The notes under the pieces: generated by a model
Told to the model about the DNA's origin: nothing
Seen by the model: the letters and a program-made list of their open reading frames with translations, nothing else
Database searches by the model: none
Assembly: GCF_000143415.4 (NCBI RefSeq)
Contig: NW_003314292.1
Coordinates: 37,064-101,063, forward strand
Source of the DNA: Selaginella moellendorffii
Lineage: Eukaryota > Plantae > Lycopodiophyta
DNA: 64,000 bases
Direction: 5' to 3'
Part shown: positions 28,891-43,806 of the stretch, piece by piece
Numbering within the stretch: the stretch's first letter is position 1
How the letters are laid out: every line of letters begins with the position of its first letter
Translations under genes and position numbers: made by a program

Positions 28891-31800
28891 ACTTGACTCG
28901 TGAAAACTTTCTTGTGAGATGAGATCCAATAAGACTTAAAAAAACTTGCCTTGAATTGTCGCCAAATGGAAGTGGCTGAAATTCCAAGGCTCATTGAACC
29001 AGTAAAGCTTGTTTTTACCTGCAAGCATAGAAGGTAAGGTTTTAAAGTTTAGATCGTTGTTTTCCAAGTGTGATACTCAGGTTTCTGAGTTTTGTTTGTA
29101 GCTTGGTTAATGCCATGGAAGAAAAGTTGTCTATTTGTGAGTTTGATAGAAGGTTCAAAATTTCTATTCCATGGTTTGCTAGGCCAACTTGGTGTGATGT
29201 GGAGATGTGTAGATATTCCCTGGGAATTGTGGGAGAAGAATTTATGCTAGAGGCTAATAGAAAGCTAAAGGAAATCAGAAGAAGGGTAATAACAAGAAAT
29301 GGTTCACCCCTATTTTGGAGCAATTAAAAGTGTTTAAGAATGCTTTTGAAGTGTTGTTAGTGAGCAATGAGGAGTTGATGAGTGTTTGAAAAGTTTTCAC
29401 TTGGTTTTTAGTGAGCTTTGATTATAGCACATGAGAAATCTTTATTTGCATTTCTCACAACTCACTAGATTCTCACTTGGGTATACTTAGAGAAATCTAT
29501 GTGGTACAGTGCCTTCTAGTTTTGGCTTTGGCAATAACTAGGGAATAGGGTTTCATGAATCTTTATATGGGGAGACTATTGGTTGGGAGCATATGGTGGA
29601 GGGCTGGGTCCTTGAATTGCTACTTGGAACTCCCATTGACCTTGCGCTTCTATATTCCTAGAGGGATTTGCTACACAATAGGCTACATGGAAGAATATTA
29701 TGGGCTAATAAAGCAAGTTTGACTATATCCCTATTTTGGTATCAAAGGTAGTAGAATATTTAATTGTTTTGTTATGTACTTAGAGAGATTTATAGTGTTT
29801 TCTAGAATTAGTAAGAGGGTCTCTAAGATTTTTAGGAATGAGTATCCTGCTACACTTCTAGAAGGATAGAAGATTGTTCTAGGAAATTTGAGTCAAAAAA
29901 AAAAAGAAGAGCAAGCCAAATAAGAGGCAGCAAAAGGATTTTGGCCAACTTTCAATGATCCTATGAGAAGTGTTGTAATGGTGTCATGAGCAACAGCCAC
30001 ACCAAGAGCTAGGCCATCATGAAACTCAGAGGAAATGCTTAGCTTTCTAGGAGCTGCCAAAAAGGCTTTAAATGACTATAGAGAGTTGTGAAGACATTAG
30101 ATTCTTTAAGGAGGAAGAATTCCAAAATCAAGGATTTGCATTGAATAAAGAGAAGTTGCTACATGATGATTTTGCTTCTTTCCATAAGGCTAGAAAGCCT
30201 CATAAAGAAAAAGGGTGTAAATTTCAATTGGCATTTGGTGAAGGAGGTTAAGGATAAGGCAACTTTATAATGCCACAATAGAAGATTCTAAAAGAAATGG
30301 AATCATGAATCTAGTTGTGGAGGTGAATGTAATAATTATAAGGGACAAAGATAATTTGGGTAATTCCAATAATAAGGATATTAAAGGGCCAAATGCATAT
30401 AGCAAGGATATGCAGCCAGGAGGTGAGGCATTTGCCTCAAAAATAAGTTTGCAACTGAGTGGGTTGAGAGAATCTAGGGAATGCTTCTAGATCATTTGAT
30501 ATAGGAACCTTTGTTCTAGTCAAAGTGTAGAAGAGTGTGGACTATTCTTAAGCTCATGAGCTAACACGAATTGAGCTCAATTTTTAATTATAGTTTAATT
30601 AGAATATTATAAATTTAAAAATATTAAAGTTTTGGGAAATTTAATAGTTTTAGAATACTCTCCATATTATATAGATAAAAATATTCTAAAGGACACTTCT
30701 TGTTTTAACAATTTAAAGTAATCTTGAATAAGAGGAGGATAAGCCTCAAGAGTCGATGCGACTGGCCTTCGAGGATTTTAAATTTAATAATTTTTTAATT
30801 TTGACGAACCTGATATTTAGTAGCCAGAAAGTATAGAATACAGATTTAATAAAGTGATAAAATTCTATATAAAGCTATATAACCATTTGAAAGGAATATA
30901 AATTTTTTGTATATAAAAGAGAGATTTAGTTTTTCACTAGAATACATTTTTGAGGGGTTTGTCATAGAATAGTGTCTAGAATTTATAAATCTTCACTGCA
31001 CTCTCATTCGAAAAGAGGGAAATACAAATGTCTATGGGTTTTAATGGTAGTAATTTTAACTCTAGCAATTTTTCTTCCCAAAGTAATAAGTCAAAGGTTA
31101 GGAGTTACAATAGTTAATAGTATAGCATAATTAAACCACATAAGAGAAAGAAAGAGAAGATAGTGATTATAAGTTAGAGATAAATGCAATGACAAAGGGT
31201 GTAATAAATTGGGTGCAAAAAAATGTCCTTCTACTTGTTTTACAAAATTGCAATTCCATGACTTTCAAGAAATGCTCTATTTGTTTTTTGGTTTTTAGTG
31301 GAAATAATGGCAACGATTAATATGATAACATATGCTTTTGTAACATATTACAACATCACTCCTTTAAAAGACTATTGTGAAATATTTTTTGAGATGGTAA
31401 AGACAGAAATGGAGACATGAGTATTAAGTATTGAAAAAAGAATAATTCATAAGTATATTAAATGAAAAGTATATTTTTTTAATTAATTATAAAAAGTATA
31501 ATAAGTTTATATTATTGATAGAGAATAAACATCAATAGTCTTAGAAAATCTAGTTAGCTCCAAAAATCTTCTGCAATTCAACAATGGTAAAGCTTGCCTA
31601 GTGTATATAAATGTCCACTTTAGGATCCTAATGTAAAGTGTTGATGAAGATGTAGTATATATGCTTGTAAAGAGTATATACCTTCATATATTCCTCACGC
31701 TTAGTAAAATTTGGACATATGCAAAAAAGAAAGTTTTAAATAGCAATTGTATACTTTCAACCTTTTATTTTCTTCATTGTAGGAGTGGTGATTGCTTCGT

Positions 31801-31926
31801 GAAGAGAATCTCATACTTAAGAACTTAAGCCAAGTTTATTTTACTTTGCTTTTGCTTAGATAGTACTAATAAATTTAACTACTTTACCTTTTTTTGCAAG
31901 CCTTTTATGCATCTCTATGGGAATAG

Positions 31927-32330
31927 TGTAGCGCACGTGGTTTTTACCCTTTATCATATGGTGAATTACCATAGGATAACCATGAAGTGAAATTTAAACC
32001 CTCTATATGCCACATGTCACATACCACATGCCATGTGTCCAAAGGACAATGGTGCGGAACCTGAGTTTCAGAGCCTTGGGCTACTGAACAAAAAAACAAA
32101 GTTAAACTCCTAGCATTGAGCCAAGGAGTGATGGCACTGAAGCACAAAACTACTCCCGAGTGTATAGCTTAAGGAGAAAGGGGACAAGAGCATAGAGCAA
32201 CTTCGAATAGTCCTAGAGTATTTAGCATCCTAATGCTAGGACTAACACACAAAATGGAGCCAAATAGAGTTTAGTGCTACTTTAGCATACCAATGGCATA
32301 ATACGAGGAAATGGGTACTCCACTAGCTAG
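31927..32330. mobile_element. 5' part of an LTR of the 5055 family
   Basis: TGTAGCGCACGTGGTTTT... aligns with 5055-5455. Confidence 0.8.
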
Positions 32331-32389
32331 TATAGTGTGGAACTTGGGCTTAGATTTAAGCCGGACGCAGAACAAAGACAGATGTTTGA

Positions 32390-34714
32390 AAAACTAAGGG
32401 AACATTAGTTGTATACTAAAGAGAGCAAATATGACTTTGCTCAACAAGAGGTAAAGTTTATCGGGCATGTGGTGGGTAAGGACGAGCTCAAGGTGGACCC
32501 TAAGAAGGTCCAAGCGATCCAAAAATGGGAATGACCATCGAATGTACACGAGTTAAGGGCATTCTTGGGGCTATGCAACTACTATTGAAAGTTTATTAAA
32601 CACTATTCGAGAGTAACCATGCCTTTAACAAACCAAACGGGAAAAGGGAAGATGGTATGAACAGTAGAATGCGAGGCGGCATTTGTCCACCTCAAAGGGA
32701 AGTTGAGGAAGGCTTCTGTATTGGTATTACCAAACTTTGGTAAGGACTTTGAGGTAAAAACAGATGCTTTAAACTTTGCATTGAGCGCAGTGTTAAAGCA
32801 AGACAAACATCTAGTAGCATTCTTCTCGAAGAAGTTGGACAATGCTCAGTGAAAGTGGTTTGCCCATGAGAAGGAATTGTTTGTAGTGGTTAAGGCGCTC
32901 AAGGAGTGGCAACACTACCTTGGGAGACACTTTAAAGTTTACACGGATAATGTGGCAATGAAACACTTCTTGTCACAGCTTGACTTGAGAGGGAAATAGG
33001 GTCAGTGGGCTAATGCTTTGGCCGAGTTTGATTGCAAGATTTTGTATAAACTTGGGAAGAGCAATATCGTGGCAGATGCTCTTAGTCAAGAAGCGAGCTT
33101 GAAGTTGGCGATATCTAGCATGACAACAACCTTTTGGATGATGTCCAAATAGCGCATGAGAACGATGGTCTAGCACAAGAAGTGTTGCTAAGGAACCAAG
33201 AGGTGCAAGAAGCTCACTACAGAGGTGAGTTGCTAACGAAAGAGAAAACAAGTTATGCGGAATGTAATGAATTCATCTATTATAAACAAACGAGGGTGTA
33301 TGTTCCAAAAGGGGAACTAAGGAAGGTAGCTTTAAAAGAGTGTCATGGCGGACTTCTTGCGGGATACGGCAGAGTGCCCAAGACGATGGGCTTACTCAAG
33401 AGAAAGTATCACTGCCAAATATAAATTAGGATGTCCAAGACTATGTAAAGACATGTCCAACATGTCAGTAGGTCAAAGCCATGACAAAGGCTAATGGGGG
33501 CTTGTTACAAAGCATCCCAATTCCAGATTGTCCATGGAAATATCTTACAATGAACTTCATCATGGGACTCCCCCCAAGTTTGATGCAATATTCGTGGTGG
33601 TGGACCGATTTTTTAAGATGGCACATTTCATACCCACCATAACAAAAGTGGATGCGGAAGGTGTGGTGAAGTTGTTCTTCAAACAAGTGGTTCGAAAGCA
33701 GAGAAGGCCATAAGAGATTATCTCAGATCGAGATAAGATCTTCATCAGTAGGTTTTAGAAAACTCTTCTGGAACAGTATCGCACCAAGTTGAAATTCAGC
33801 ACAGCCTATCACCCACAGATAGATATTAGGTATTAAATCAAGTTTGGTGGCACTGACACTTCTTGATAGATGGACAAACTGAAAAGGTGAATAGGCAGCT
33901 AGAGGATTATTTGCAATGCTATGTCTCTAGAGACTAGATTGATTGGGTAAGTCATTTGGGTTTGTGGAAATGTGCTATAACAATTCACCACACTCGAGTA
34001 TCGGGGTGAGTCTATGGGAAGTCATTAATGGGTGAGTTATTGAAGGTCCTGTGGAACTCGGTATAGCCGAGTATCATGGAGAGTTACCCACAGTGGAGGC
34101 ATTCACAGCAAAAAGACTCAACATTTAGAATCTAGTGAGGGATTCTTTGGAATGGGTTAACAAAGGCAAATCAAATATGTGAACCAGAAGCGCAAGGATG
34201 TAGAGTTTTAACATGGGGAGAAGGTGTGGCTGAATACCAAGAATTTATCTCTTGAGGAAGTTGGAGGTCGTAAGCCACCTTACCAATTTGTGCCTCAATC
34301 TCGTAATGCCTTGCATGCTTAAGGGACTCAAGATTAGTTCATTTCCAGGAATACATGCATTTTACCTTCAGGTCAACTTTCGTCTGATCCCATATAGTAG
34401 TCTTGGGGAAGATGCACCTTGTGTTCTATGTGAACTTACTCAAGCTGTATTTTAAGGATTCGCTTCGCAAGGACCACGTAAAACTTTTACCTGAGGTTAT
34501 CCAAAGGGAAGAGGAATACAAAATCGAGGCCATCCTTAATGTGTGTAAGAGCAAGCAACAAGGACACGAGGTGAAGGAGTTCCATGTGAAGTGGCAAGGA
34601 TTTTCACATTGCGAAGCAACATGGGAACCGAAGGAGAACATAGTGAATGCGCAAGATTTAGCGGAGGAATTTTTGCAAGGTAAAACTCTATATACTTATA
34701 CAAAATTCAATTAA
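32390..34714 (+). mobile_element. Decayed chromovirus (Ty3/gypsy) pol: RT, RNase H, integrase, chromodomain
   Basis: [38 protein letters not shown], and chromodomain EEEYKIEAIL...EFHVKWQGFSHCEATWEPKENI. Many stops. Confidence 0.88.
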
Positions 34715-35226
34715 AAAATCTATTTGGAGAAATTGAGCAATGTCATATGTTGGGACTTGAAGGCACACTGAAGGTAAGCTAATTAGCATGGGTTAGCTAG
34801 GTCAACTAGATGTAAGAAACTACTCTTGACTCACCATAGAGATGTCAAATCCGTAAATGCATTCTACAAAAGTTAGATTCGAGTCCCAACCCTTTAGTAA
34901 AGCAAGATTGAGTTCAAGTCCCAACCCCATACTAGGGCATTGTGCTCTTGGAGACGAAGAAAAAAAAAAAATTGCCTCTTATGTTGTGAGGAAGGAAGAC
35001 TATGATTCTTGGGACGCATAGAAGTGGGATTGTCCTCAATAAAATGTGAAGGGGAAGGGTATAAGGACATTTATATTTTGTTGTCATGGGCTCTTGGTTG
35101 GGGAGGCTAACTTAGGCACACCACTAAGTGGGGGGATGCCCTCGGAGACATGGTCAATAAGTTATAGGATTAAAAAGAGGCATTTGATATGGGCATCGAA
35201 TTTCTTCTATAGGGTGATAATAATTT

Positions 35227-35814
35227 TGTAAGCAACCAAAGGGAACGACTTGAGAGACGATCCATGGGGTTCAAATATAGAGGGAAAGGGCCCATGAACA
35301 AGAGTGCACCCCCTTTTCCAATCGGTTAAGGGTCTTGGGATATTTGGGGTTAAGCGTCCTTGGGTTTGAATAGTACTGGGTTGGGTGACCTCCCGGGAAG
35401 TCCAAACTCAGGAACGTTTACATTTGGTATCAGAGCGGTCTTGGGTCCGACTCTGTTGGTTGGCTAGAGGAATCGCACCACATGTTGATTGACATTTGGC
35501 TGGTCCAGTTTGCTCCCACTGGGCTCGACCCGAGGGGTAGGGTGTCAAGAGAGCGGGGCTCTCGGGAGAGCTGCGGCTCTCAGCTTCCGTTCACGAGGGC
35601 GTGAACTTGTAGGGAAGCATAGTGGATCCTAAGCAACCAAAAGGAATGACTTGAGAGACGATCCATGGGGTTTAAATATAGAGAGAAAGGGCCCATGAAC
35701 AAGAGTGCACCTTCTTTTCCAATCGGTTGGGATATTTGGGGTTAAGTGTCCTTGGGTTTGAATAATACTGGGTTGGATGACCTCCCGGGAAGTCCAAACT
35801 CAGGAGCGTTTACA
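35227..35814 (+). mobile_element. Cassandra TRIM copy 3 (older)
   Basis: LTRs at 35227-35422 and about 35628-35814 (more diverged, small deletion), PBS TGGTATCAGAGC, TSD AATTT/AATTC. Confidence 0.9.
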
Positions 35815-37159
35815 AATTCTTCAATGACATAGATTTGATTCTAATTATGAGTCAAGTTTTATCCATAAGTGTGCAAACTCTGCTTAATGACATTTACAGC
35901 ATATACCTATAGTTTAGGTTCTTACACAATACAAAATAAATTTATGGATGAGGATTCATCCAATTCATAGATTATATAATACAACATATTTAATATAGTA
36001 ATGCAACATGCCTTATTTATACTCTTTAAATTTCTTGTAATGAATCCAAAACATGTATGAAATATTTATGAGAATGCATCCTTTATATAAAATTGTGAGA
36101 ATTAATATTATATCTTTAATAAATTAAATGTTTAGTTATATTGTTATTAAAATATACAAAATAAATCACCATAAATTGAAATAAACTTTATTTTTATCAT
36201 TATTATTTATAATGATAAGACAAAATAAGATCTATGGTGATAATAAAACAAATGATTGAGAATTAAGTTATTTGAAAGAATAGCCAGAATAAGAGATTTA
36301 TTAGGGTTAGGGTACTACCAGCCAAGATTAGGGTTAGGGTAGCCACCAAGATTAGCTGCCAATGCACGAGAGATTAAGAGTGAGTGATGACACGAAAGAT
36401 CTAGAGCGTGAGTGATTAAGAGCGTAAGAGATCTAGCACACGAGAGATTGAGAGCAATAGAAGATCTAATGCTCAAGAGATCAAGAGTGAGTGAGATTGA
36501 GGAAGCAACTAGAACAAAGCCAGTAAAAGTGAATTTCTTCCATTTGTTTGTTTTTTCTCTTTCTTCTCCCTCTTCTTAGGTGGCCACTATAGGCATTTAT
36601 GCTTGGCCTTGAGCATTTTTTCTAGCCATTGAGTTGGCCACCTTGGGTATGTTTGCGGCTCAAAGGGCCAAGATTATTTAAATATTCTCAACTCTCTGAA
36701 CTACAAGGTTGAGTTTAAGCCATCTAACTCTTGAGCTAAGGTTATTTAAATAACCTTGGCCCCTTGGGCCATGGAAGTGCCCAAGGCTGAGTTTAGGCCA
36801 GCCACCTCAAACACGTTTCTAGCCCAAGGGGCCCAAGTTATTTAAATAACTTTGGCCCCACAGGCCGCAGAAGTGCTTGAGATCAAGCTTGGGTTGGCCA
36901 TCTCAGGCATATTTGCGGCTTAGAGGGGCTAAGGTTATCCCTGGGCCGCAAACATGCTTGAGGTTGTTGGCTTAAGCTCAACCTTGAGCACTTCTAGGAA
37001 CACAACATACCCAAAGTCAAGCTTGAGCTAGCCATCTTGGGTACTTTCTATGCCCAAGGGGTTGAGGTTATTTAAATAACTTCAAACCTCTAGAAATACA
37101 AAGTGCCCAAAGTCAAGCTCAAACTAGCCACCTTAGGCACTTTTTATGCCTGAGGGAGT

Positions 37160-37570
37160 GAAGTATAACAAATTAACCATATATTTGAGCATTTTCTTGA
37201 TAGTTAGAATTCCAACCTTAATACTCAAGGTTACAATCTTGACAGTTAGGACTCAAGAAGAAGTGGCAATTGCCACTATATAGGAGTATTTAAGGGGGAG
37301 AGTTAGTGCTTGACCCCTATCCCTATCTCTATTGTACTCCAACCTATCATTAATGCACATCCATTTGCTCAAGATTTAGAGTATTCTAATCCTTACTCAT
37401 GACCACTTGTATGAGCCTTCTTGGGGATCGAAGATCTCAAGTTAGTTTCTAATTGACTTGTTCAGTAGCATGTTCCAAGGCAAGAAGCATAGTGCCAACT
37501 CAAAAACAATGTCATCAAAAGCCCTTTGGCTCTCTGCAATCACAGTAGCAAATTGTCACAGCTAGTTTAT
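37160..37570. repeat. LTR-retrotransposon-associated repeat; inverted copy at about 49130-49540
   Basis: Shared aaagccctttggctctct..aatcacagtag, ttgacccctatccctatctctattgtac and acactcaaggttacaatcttga segments in opposite orientations. Confidence 0.75.
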
Positions 37571-38349
37571 CACCGAATTATCTCTTACTCCTGCAACAAA
37601 ACTGCAATATGACTTCATAAATTTTTTTTTAGTTTTCATTGGCACCTATGAAGGGATAGGAGATATCACAAGAAAAGCTGAATCTGAAATTCAAGCAAGA
37701 AACTCCAAGAAACACACCAAAGAGAAGAGAAAAAGATAAAGATGGTGAAATTATGAAGATCTCAATGAAATCCAACAAAATAAAGATTGCCCAATTCGAT
37801 TAAAGATGGTGGAAAACCAATATGTAAGTCTTTACTGAAATCAATGTAGTTATAACTAACATTCAAAAACACTCAAGACTGTGGGATTTAAGAAAGTTTT
37901 CCTGAAGACTCAAGAAAGTTTTCCTAATACTTGGGAATGTTTTCTTGAGAGTCAAGGAAATCAATAATAGCGAATGAAGCAACACAGCTATCCCTTTGGA
38001 GACTAAATATGTACCAAGTATGAAAATTGTCTTGTTTATGGTTTAGCTAAAAAGATTGTTTTGATTTGAGGATTAAAAACAAAGAGGAAGCTAATAAAGT
38101 AGTAGAGAAGAAAAAAGACTAAGAAGGATGGAAGCATACACAAACAAGATTACATTTGGTTTGACCACTTTATGACAGTTCAAAGACTGACATGGGCAAA
38201 CTGAAGTCATGTTTTCTATCACACTTATATCAATTTCTTAGGAATATATAAATAGGAAAATTTTATACCAATTACTTTAGTTTCTGATAACCAACTTTTT
38301 CGAGTGCTAACAGCAACAAAATACAAGCAAATCTATCAACTCCTCGCTA

Positions 38350-41300
38350 GATTAAGAAACCCAACACTCAAGAAAATGCAACGACTCTACTTTGATTATT
38401 GCAAGGACCAATTAGTCACATACTTCCAATAACAATACTTAATAGAGTTTACGATTATGCACATTAAAGCATAGCAATACATATCAGCGAAACTAAAGAG
38501 TGTTAACTCTACCATCAACCTACACTAACAAGAAATCTCGAGATTAGAAGATCTGCTACAAATGAACAACCTCAACTTTATCTCCTACCATATTTGAGAG
38601 TTTCACTGCACTTGAGAGCTTAACTACAGCAAATAATAATATGAATTCTAGGACAACCATCACATCAATAAGTGCGAGAACAACCTTGAATTCAAGCTTA
38701 TACACAAACTCGAAAAGCATAACCTCAAGATTCAGTTTGAAGTACTAAAATTTTAATCACAATCACTCAGATCAATGCAAGAGAAACCAACTTTTGAGTT
38801 CACAGACAAATTCAACATGTTGATATTAACGCAACGACACCAATTCGACTCATCACCGAAATTCTTATAACCAGATTACAAAACCAAAGCACAATCATCA
38901 TCAAAATAATCTTAAGAGAAGTTCAAGAAATCATCAAAGCTTCACAATAACAAACTCAAGAAATAAAAGATGATTAAAGACAACAACGCAATAGAATTCG
39001 AAGAAGAAGACGTAAAAATTAAAGAAATCACAACCATGATATTTTTCACCTTTAAATGCAGGATATAAAAAGACTCCTGAGGGCACTCAAGAATTTTCTT
39101 TTCAAGATTCAAGAAAGAATCTTCTACAAACTTTACCATCAATAAAGAAAAGAAATACACATACCAATCCACTCTAAAATCATCATCCACTACGAAAAGT
39201 TTGTAGAAAACCAAGATAAAACCGAACTCTACAAGTGGAGAATTATCCTTGAACTTTTCTGGATCTCCAACGTTTACCTAGATCAAGAATACGTTTGCTA
39301 AAGAGAAAAAAAATAACACCACAATTTAACACGAAGTATAATGAATCTTCTACAAACTTTCAACCTCTTTTAATATAATAAATCAAAGAAATCATCAAAT
39401 GACAAGTCTTCAATAGATACGTGATATCCGTCAGCACAACTATACATAAATTATAAGATGAAGAAATATGAAGAACTTGGGTAAAAGAACGCTGGATACA
39501 CCTCTAAAACATTGCAACTATTAGCTAAAAAAATTTGCTTGACTCTATATCTCCACACATGGACTGCAATTGAAGATAGAAAAATACAAGAATTAAGAAT
39601 TTAGAAACTTGTTTCAACAATAATTTCAAGGACAACAACAATTAGAATACAACTACTACTCAACTCAGACTTTGAATATCACCATCGACTAAAGAATCTA
39701 GATGCTCATAGTGATGATGTACAAGACTTTATATAACATAATTAAAGATAGGCCACAATTACTTTATAACAACTTAACATAACAAGGACTCGTAAAAAAA
39801 GTAGTTATAGTATGCACTCTTGTTCAATCCCAAAGTTGGCGAGCAGCAACTTTGTTGACGATTGATCAACTATACCAAGCTGAGTATAATGTAATAACAC
39901 AAATACTAACACACAAGATTGTGGCTACACCACACAATTCTATAACTACATAACATTTCCTAAAGAAGAACACAAAAAATAAAAAACAACAACAATAAAT
40001 CTAACAAAACAAATTCAAGAAAGAAAATTCAAGAAAATAATAACTAAAAAAAAGTCCAGCATAGCATCAAATATACAAGCACAAACCTGACCCACTTAAC
40101 ATATAAGAGTGAGATCGACGACAAAAAAATTAAGAAAGTAAAAGACAATTCTAGCAACCTTCAACATTAGACAAATAACAAAACACTCAAGCTTAAGAAA
40201 AAATCCTTGAGACAATATTCAACACCTACGATAAAACAAAACAAGTAACACTAATTGACGAATTAAACCATACAATTATAACAAAAATAGAAGACAACTC
40301 AACAATAGAAAATTTACAACTAGATGAAGATATACCATTACTAGAAACTTCAGAATACAAAGGTTACACAACTGACAATTATCAATCATTTCCACTATCA
40401 CCAAAAGAACAAATTTTAAGCAACACCAAAGACATAATACTTATTAACACAGCAACACTATATGGCAACATAATCACTTACCCAATTTTCACTAAAAGTA
40501 AAATTAAAGATGCAGAAAGGCATTTCCAACAATTCAACCTCATCATAAAAGTTAACCAACAACAAGCAATCAAAGCACTTCTCTTTGCTTTTACACTCAA
40601 AGGAAAAGCACTCGAATGGTACTACAACCTTGAAGAGAAACTCAACTACAAAGAAAAAATAAAATGATTCAAAGAAAAATATTTAACCTAACAGCACAAC
40701 AGCCAAACATATAAAACATCTCAAGAGTACCAAATAAGGCAGTAAAGAAGACATTGAAGATTACACTTGAAGATTCAAATATCACATAAAGCACTACAAA
40801 AATTTACTCATTGAACAATATAGATACATTTCGTATATACAGGGATTGAAAAAAATTTATCAGCAAATGGTCACTCTAACAAGTACTGAAGAAGAACTAG
40901 ATGCTACGACCACTATAGACATCTCTAAGAAAATAAAAAACATTGAAAAATAGTTTTGAAAATTTTCAAAAGTAGAAACATCAAGGATTGACGACTCTTA
41001 TGACGGCGAGGAAGAATATAAACTTGAAGTCAAGAAGAAAGACAAGAATCAAGAACTCACCAAATTACTAAAAAAAGTTACAATCAAGACCAAACTTAAA
41101 GAAAGAATATGGTGTTAGAAAAAAATGTTATTTGAAAATCACGGAATCCTTGGGCATATAAACCTCATCTTATCACAAAACCTAATAGGAGTATTCACTT
41201 CTTTATCAACTATCGGCTATTAAATGAAATGAAGATCTAAGATATATACCTTCTTCGTCATACTATTAATCTCTTGAATTATTTTGGGAGAAGTTGTTAG

Positions 41301-43089
41301 TTTTTCAAGTTAGATTTTGCTTTGGGTATTGGCAAGTGCCGATGGCCAAAGAAGATATTCCCAAGACTATTTTTTGTACACCATTTGGTTTATATGAGTT
41401 CTTGATGATGCCATTTGGTTTAAACAATACTTTAATGACTTTCTAGTAGATGATGGATATGATTCTTTGTGATATGCTGAAAGTGACTATTAATTTCATT
41501 GATGATGGCTCTCTTCCATCAACATACCTCCAAGATTGATATTAGAAACATCCACATGCAAAATGAAAAGTTGAGTATAGTCAAAATATGCCAAAATTAG
41601 AGAAGTCATTAATAGCTCTTTAAGATCCATAAATGCCCGCTCACAGTTCACGGACTAGATGAAAGATAACATTAATAACTTCAACAATACTTGCAATAGT
41701 GTAGTACAATGAAAAAGATGATCAATAAAATAATCAAAATATTATACCTTAACTAAGAAGCACTACATATAATTCACACACTTTAGAGTAGGGAACTTGA
41801 GAACAATCACAAGTTTGTTAATATCAACTTGCAAACCTTCATGAAAAATATAATACCCAAGATAATTGGTGTCTTTAGACCCAAACATGCACTTTAACCG
41901 CTTCAACTTTATATTAATTTCTCACAGTCGATCCAACACCTTATGAACATCATAGATGTGTTTCTCCCATATCCTCTTCAAGTGAATCAAAATAGCCCAA
42001 GTATACTTAGTCAAATTCATCCCATTACATACATTAGCCATATTACAAGTAGGGAAGATGAATTATTCCACAACAATGAAGGAGTGTTAATAATAATTTG
42101 GGGTTTTGAGAAATTTCATATATATTTACATGGTTCTCAGATATTGCTAAAAGGTGATCAAGTTGTAAATACTTCATTATTGAAGTAGAAGATATTAATT
42201 AGTCATATTACTCAGTGGGCTTTAAAGCTTTAGATATATAATTTTGATGTTATTCATCCTCTGGAGTTTTATGGCTAATATTGATACCCTTTCTTAGACT
42301 CCTCTTCCTTCTTTACTTTCTTCTCATATTTTTGATGAGTTTATTATACTAGCATCTATGGATTTTTTGTATGAAGATTCCGTGTTGTTAGCAATTACTA
42401 TACTTGATGTTCAGTGTTTACAAGGTGCAAAGGAAGATTTAGCTTCTCTTGACGAAGTTCATGAGGTTTAAAAGGTTGAGTTGTGGATCCAAAGGCTTTA
42501 TGATGGGTTTTAGAATCCTGCATCACTTGCTAATGACTTGCTATTTTGGCATTTACATTCTCAATATCATCTTAAGGACAATCTTTTTTATTTTATAGGG
42601 ATAAATTCTAATGATCATTTATGGTTAATGGTGCATTCAATTTTTATTTTATGCTTTCTCCATGCTTACCATCATTTTCCTATTGTAGGCGGCCAAATGA
42701 GGCATCGTTGTGTAATTGAGTCAAAAGTTGTACATGGCTAAAGATGTAACGTGATGTTATCTGGTATATATGTAACTGCATTTAGTGCCAAACTCATAAT
42801 ACTCCCCCCTGTGGTATGGAAGGATGCTTGAAGTCAATTATGGTTTCCTATCCATTTGAGTTGATGGTGTTTGATCTGATGGAGCCTTTTTCATGATTGA
42901 TTACTAGTAATAAGTATATGTCATTATTACTTCTAATTACTTGACTCGATGGGTGGAAGTTAATGCTCTTGTTAGTGTGTTTGCAATTGTTATTAGATAC
43001 TTCCTCCTTAATCAAGTGTCGTTTTAGCATTTCTATTTGAAGCAATTCTTCTAAATTATATCTCACATTATAGCTAAGCATTTTACATT
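38350..43089 (+). mobile_element. Highly decayed Ty3/gypsy (A-rich gag region, RT, RH and INT remnants)
   Basis: Gag LKGKALEWYY near 40600, RT remnants ([20 protein letters not shown]) near 41360-41420, integrase remnants near 42850-43050. Confidence 0.65.
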
Positions 43090-43710
43090 NNNNNNNNNNN
43101 NNNNNNNNNNNNNNNNNNNNNNNNNNNNNNNNNNNNNNNNNNNNNNNNNNNNNNNNNNNNNNNNNNNNNNNNNNNNNNNNNNNNNNNNNNNNNNNNNNNN
43201 NNNNNNNNNNNNNNNNNNNNNNNNNNNNNNNNNNNNNNNNNNNNNNNNNNNNNNNNNNNNNNNNNNNNNNNNNNNNNNNNNNNNNNNNNNNNNNNNNNNN
43301 NNNNNNNNNNNNNNNNNNNNNNNNNNNNNNNNNNNNNNNNNNNNNNNNNNNNNNNNNNNNNNNNNNNNNNNNNNNNNNNNNNNNNNNNNNNNNNNNNNNN
43401 NNNNNNNNNNNNNNNNNNNNNNNNNNNNNNNNNNNNNNNNNNNNNNNNNNNNNNNNNNNNNNNNNNNNNNNNNNNNNNNNNNNNNNNNNNNNNNNNNNNN
43501 NNNNNNNNNNNNNNNNNNNNNNNNNNNNNNNNNNNNNNNNNNNNNNNNNNNNNNNNNNNNNNNNNNNNNNNNNNNNNNNNNNNNNNNNNNNNNNNNNNNN
43601 NNNNNNNNNNNNNNNNNNNNNNNNNNNNNNNNNNNNNNNNNNNNNNNNNNNNNNNNNNNNNNNNNNNNNNNNNNNNNNNNNNNNNNNNNNNNNNNNNNNN
43701 NNNNNNNNNN
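43090..43710. other. Assembly gap (N)
   Basis: Run of N. Confidence 1.
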
Positions 43711-43806
43711 ATTGGAAAAAAGGGTGCACTGTGATTTATAGGCCCTTTCCCTGGATATTTGAACCCAATGGACTATCTACTAAGTTGTTCTTTTTGGTTA
43801 CTTACA
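43711..43806 (-). mobile_element. Diverged Cassandra LTR 5' end running into the gap (copy 4)
   Basis: Reverse complement reads tgtaagtaaccaaaaagaac...gggttcaaatat.cagggaaagggcc...gtgcaccc..ttttccaat. Confidence 0.75.

Noticed and set aside
28891-28929. N-terminal extension of the lectin ORF given in the ORF track
   Set aside because: It starts at TTG; the ATG at 28890 directly begins the signal peptide.
42848-43729. 293-aa ORF, and similar ORFs at 48673-49060
   Set aside because: They span N gaps.
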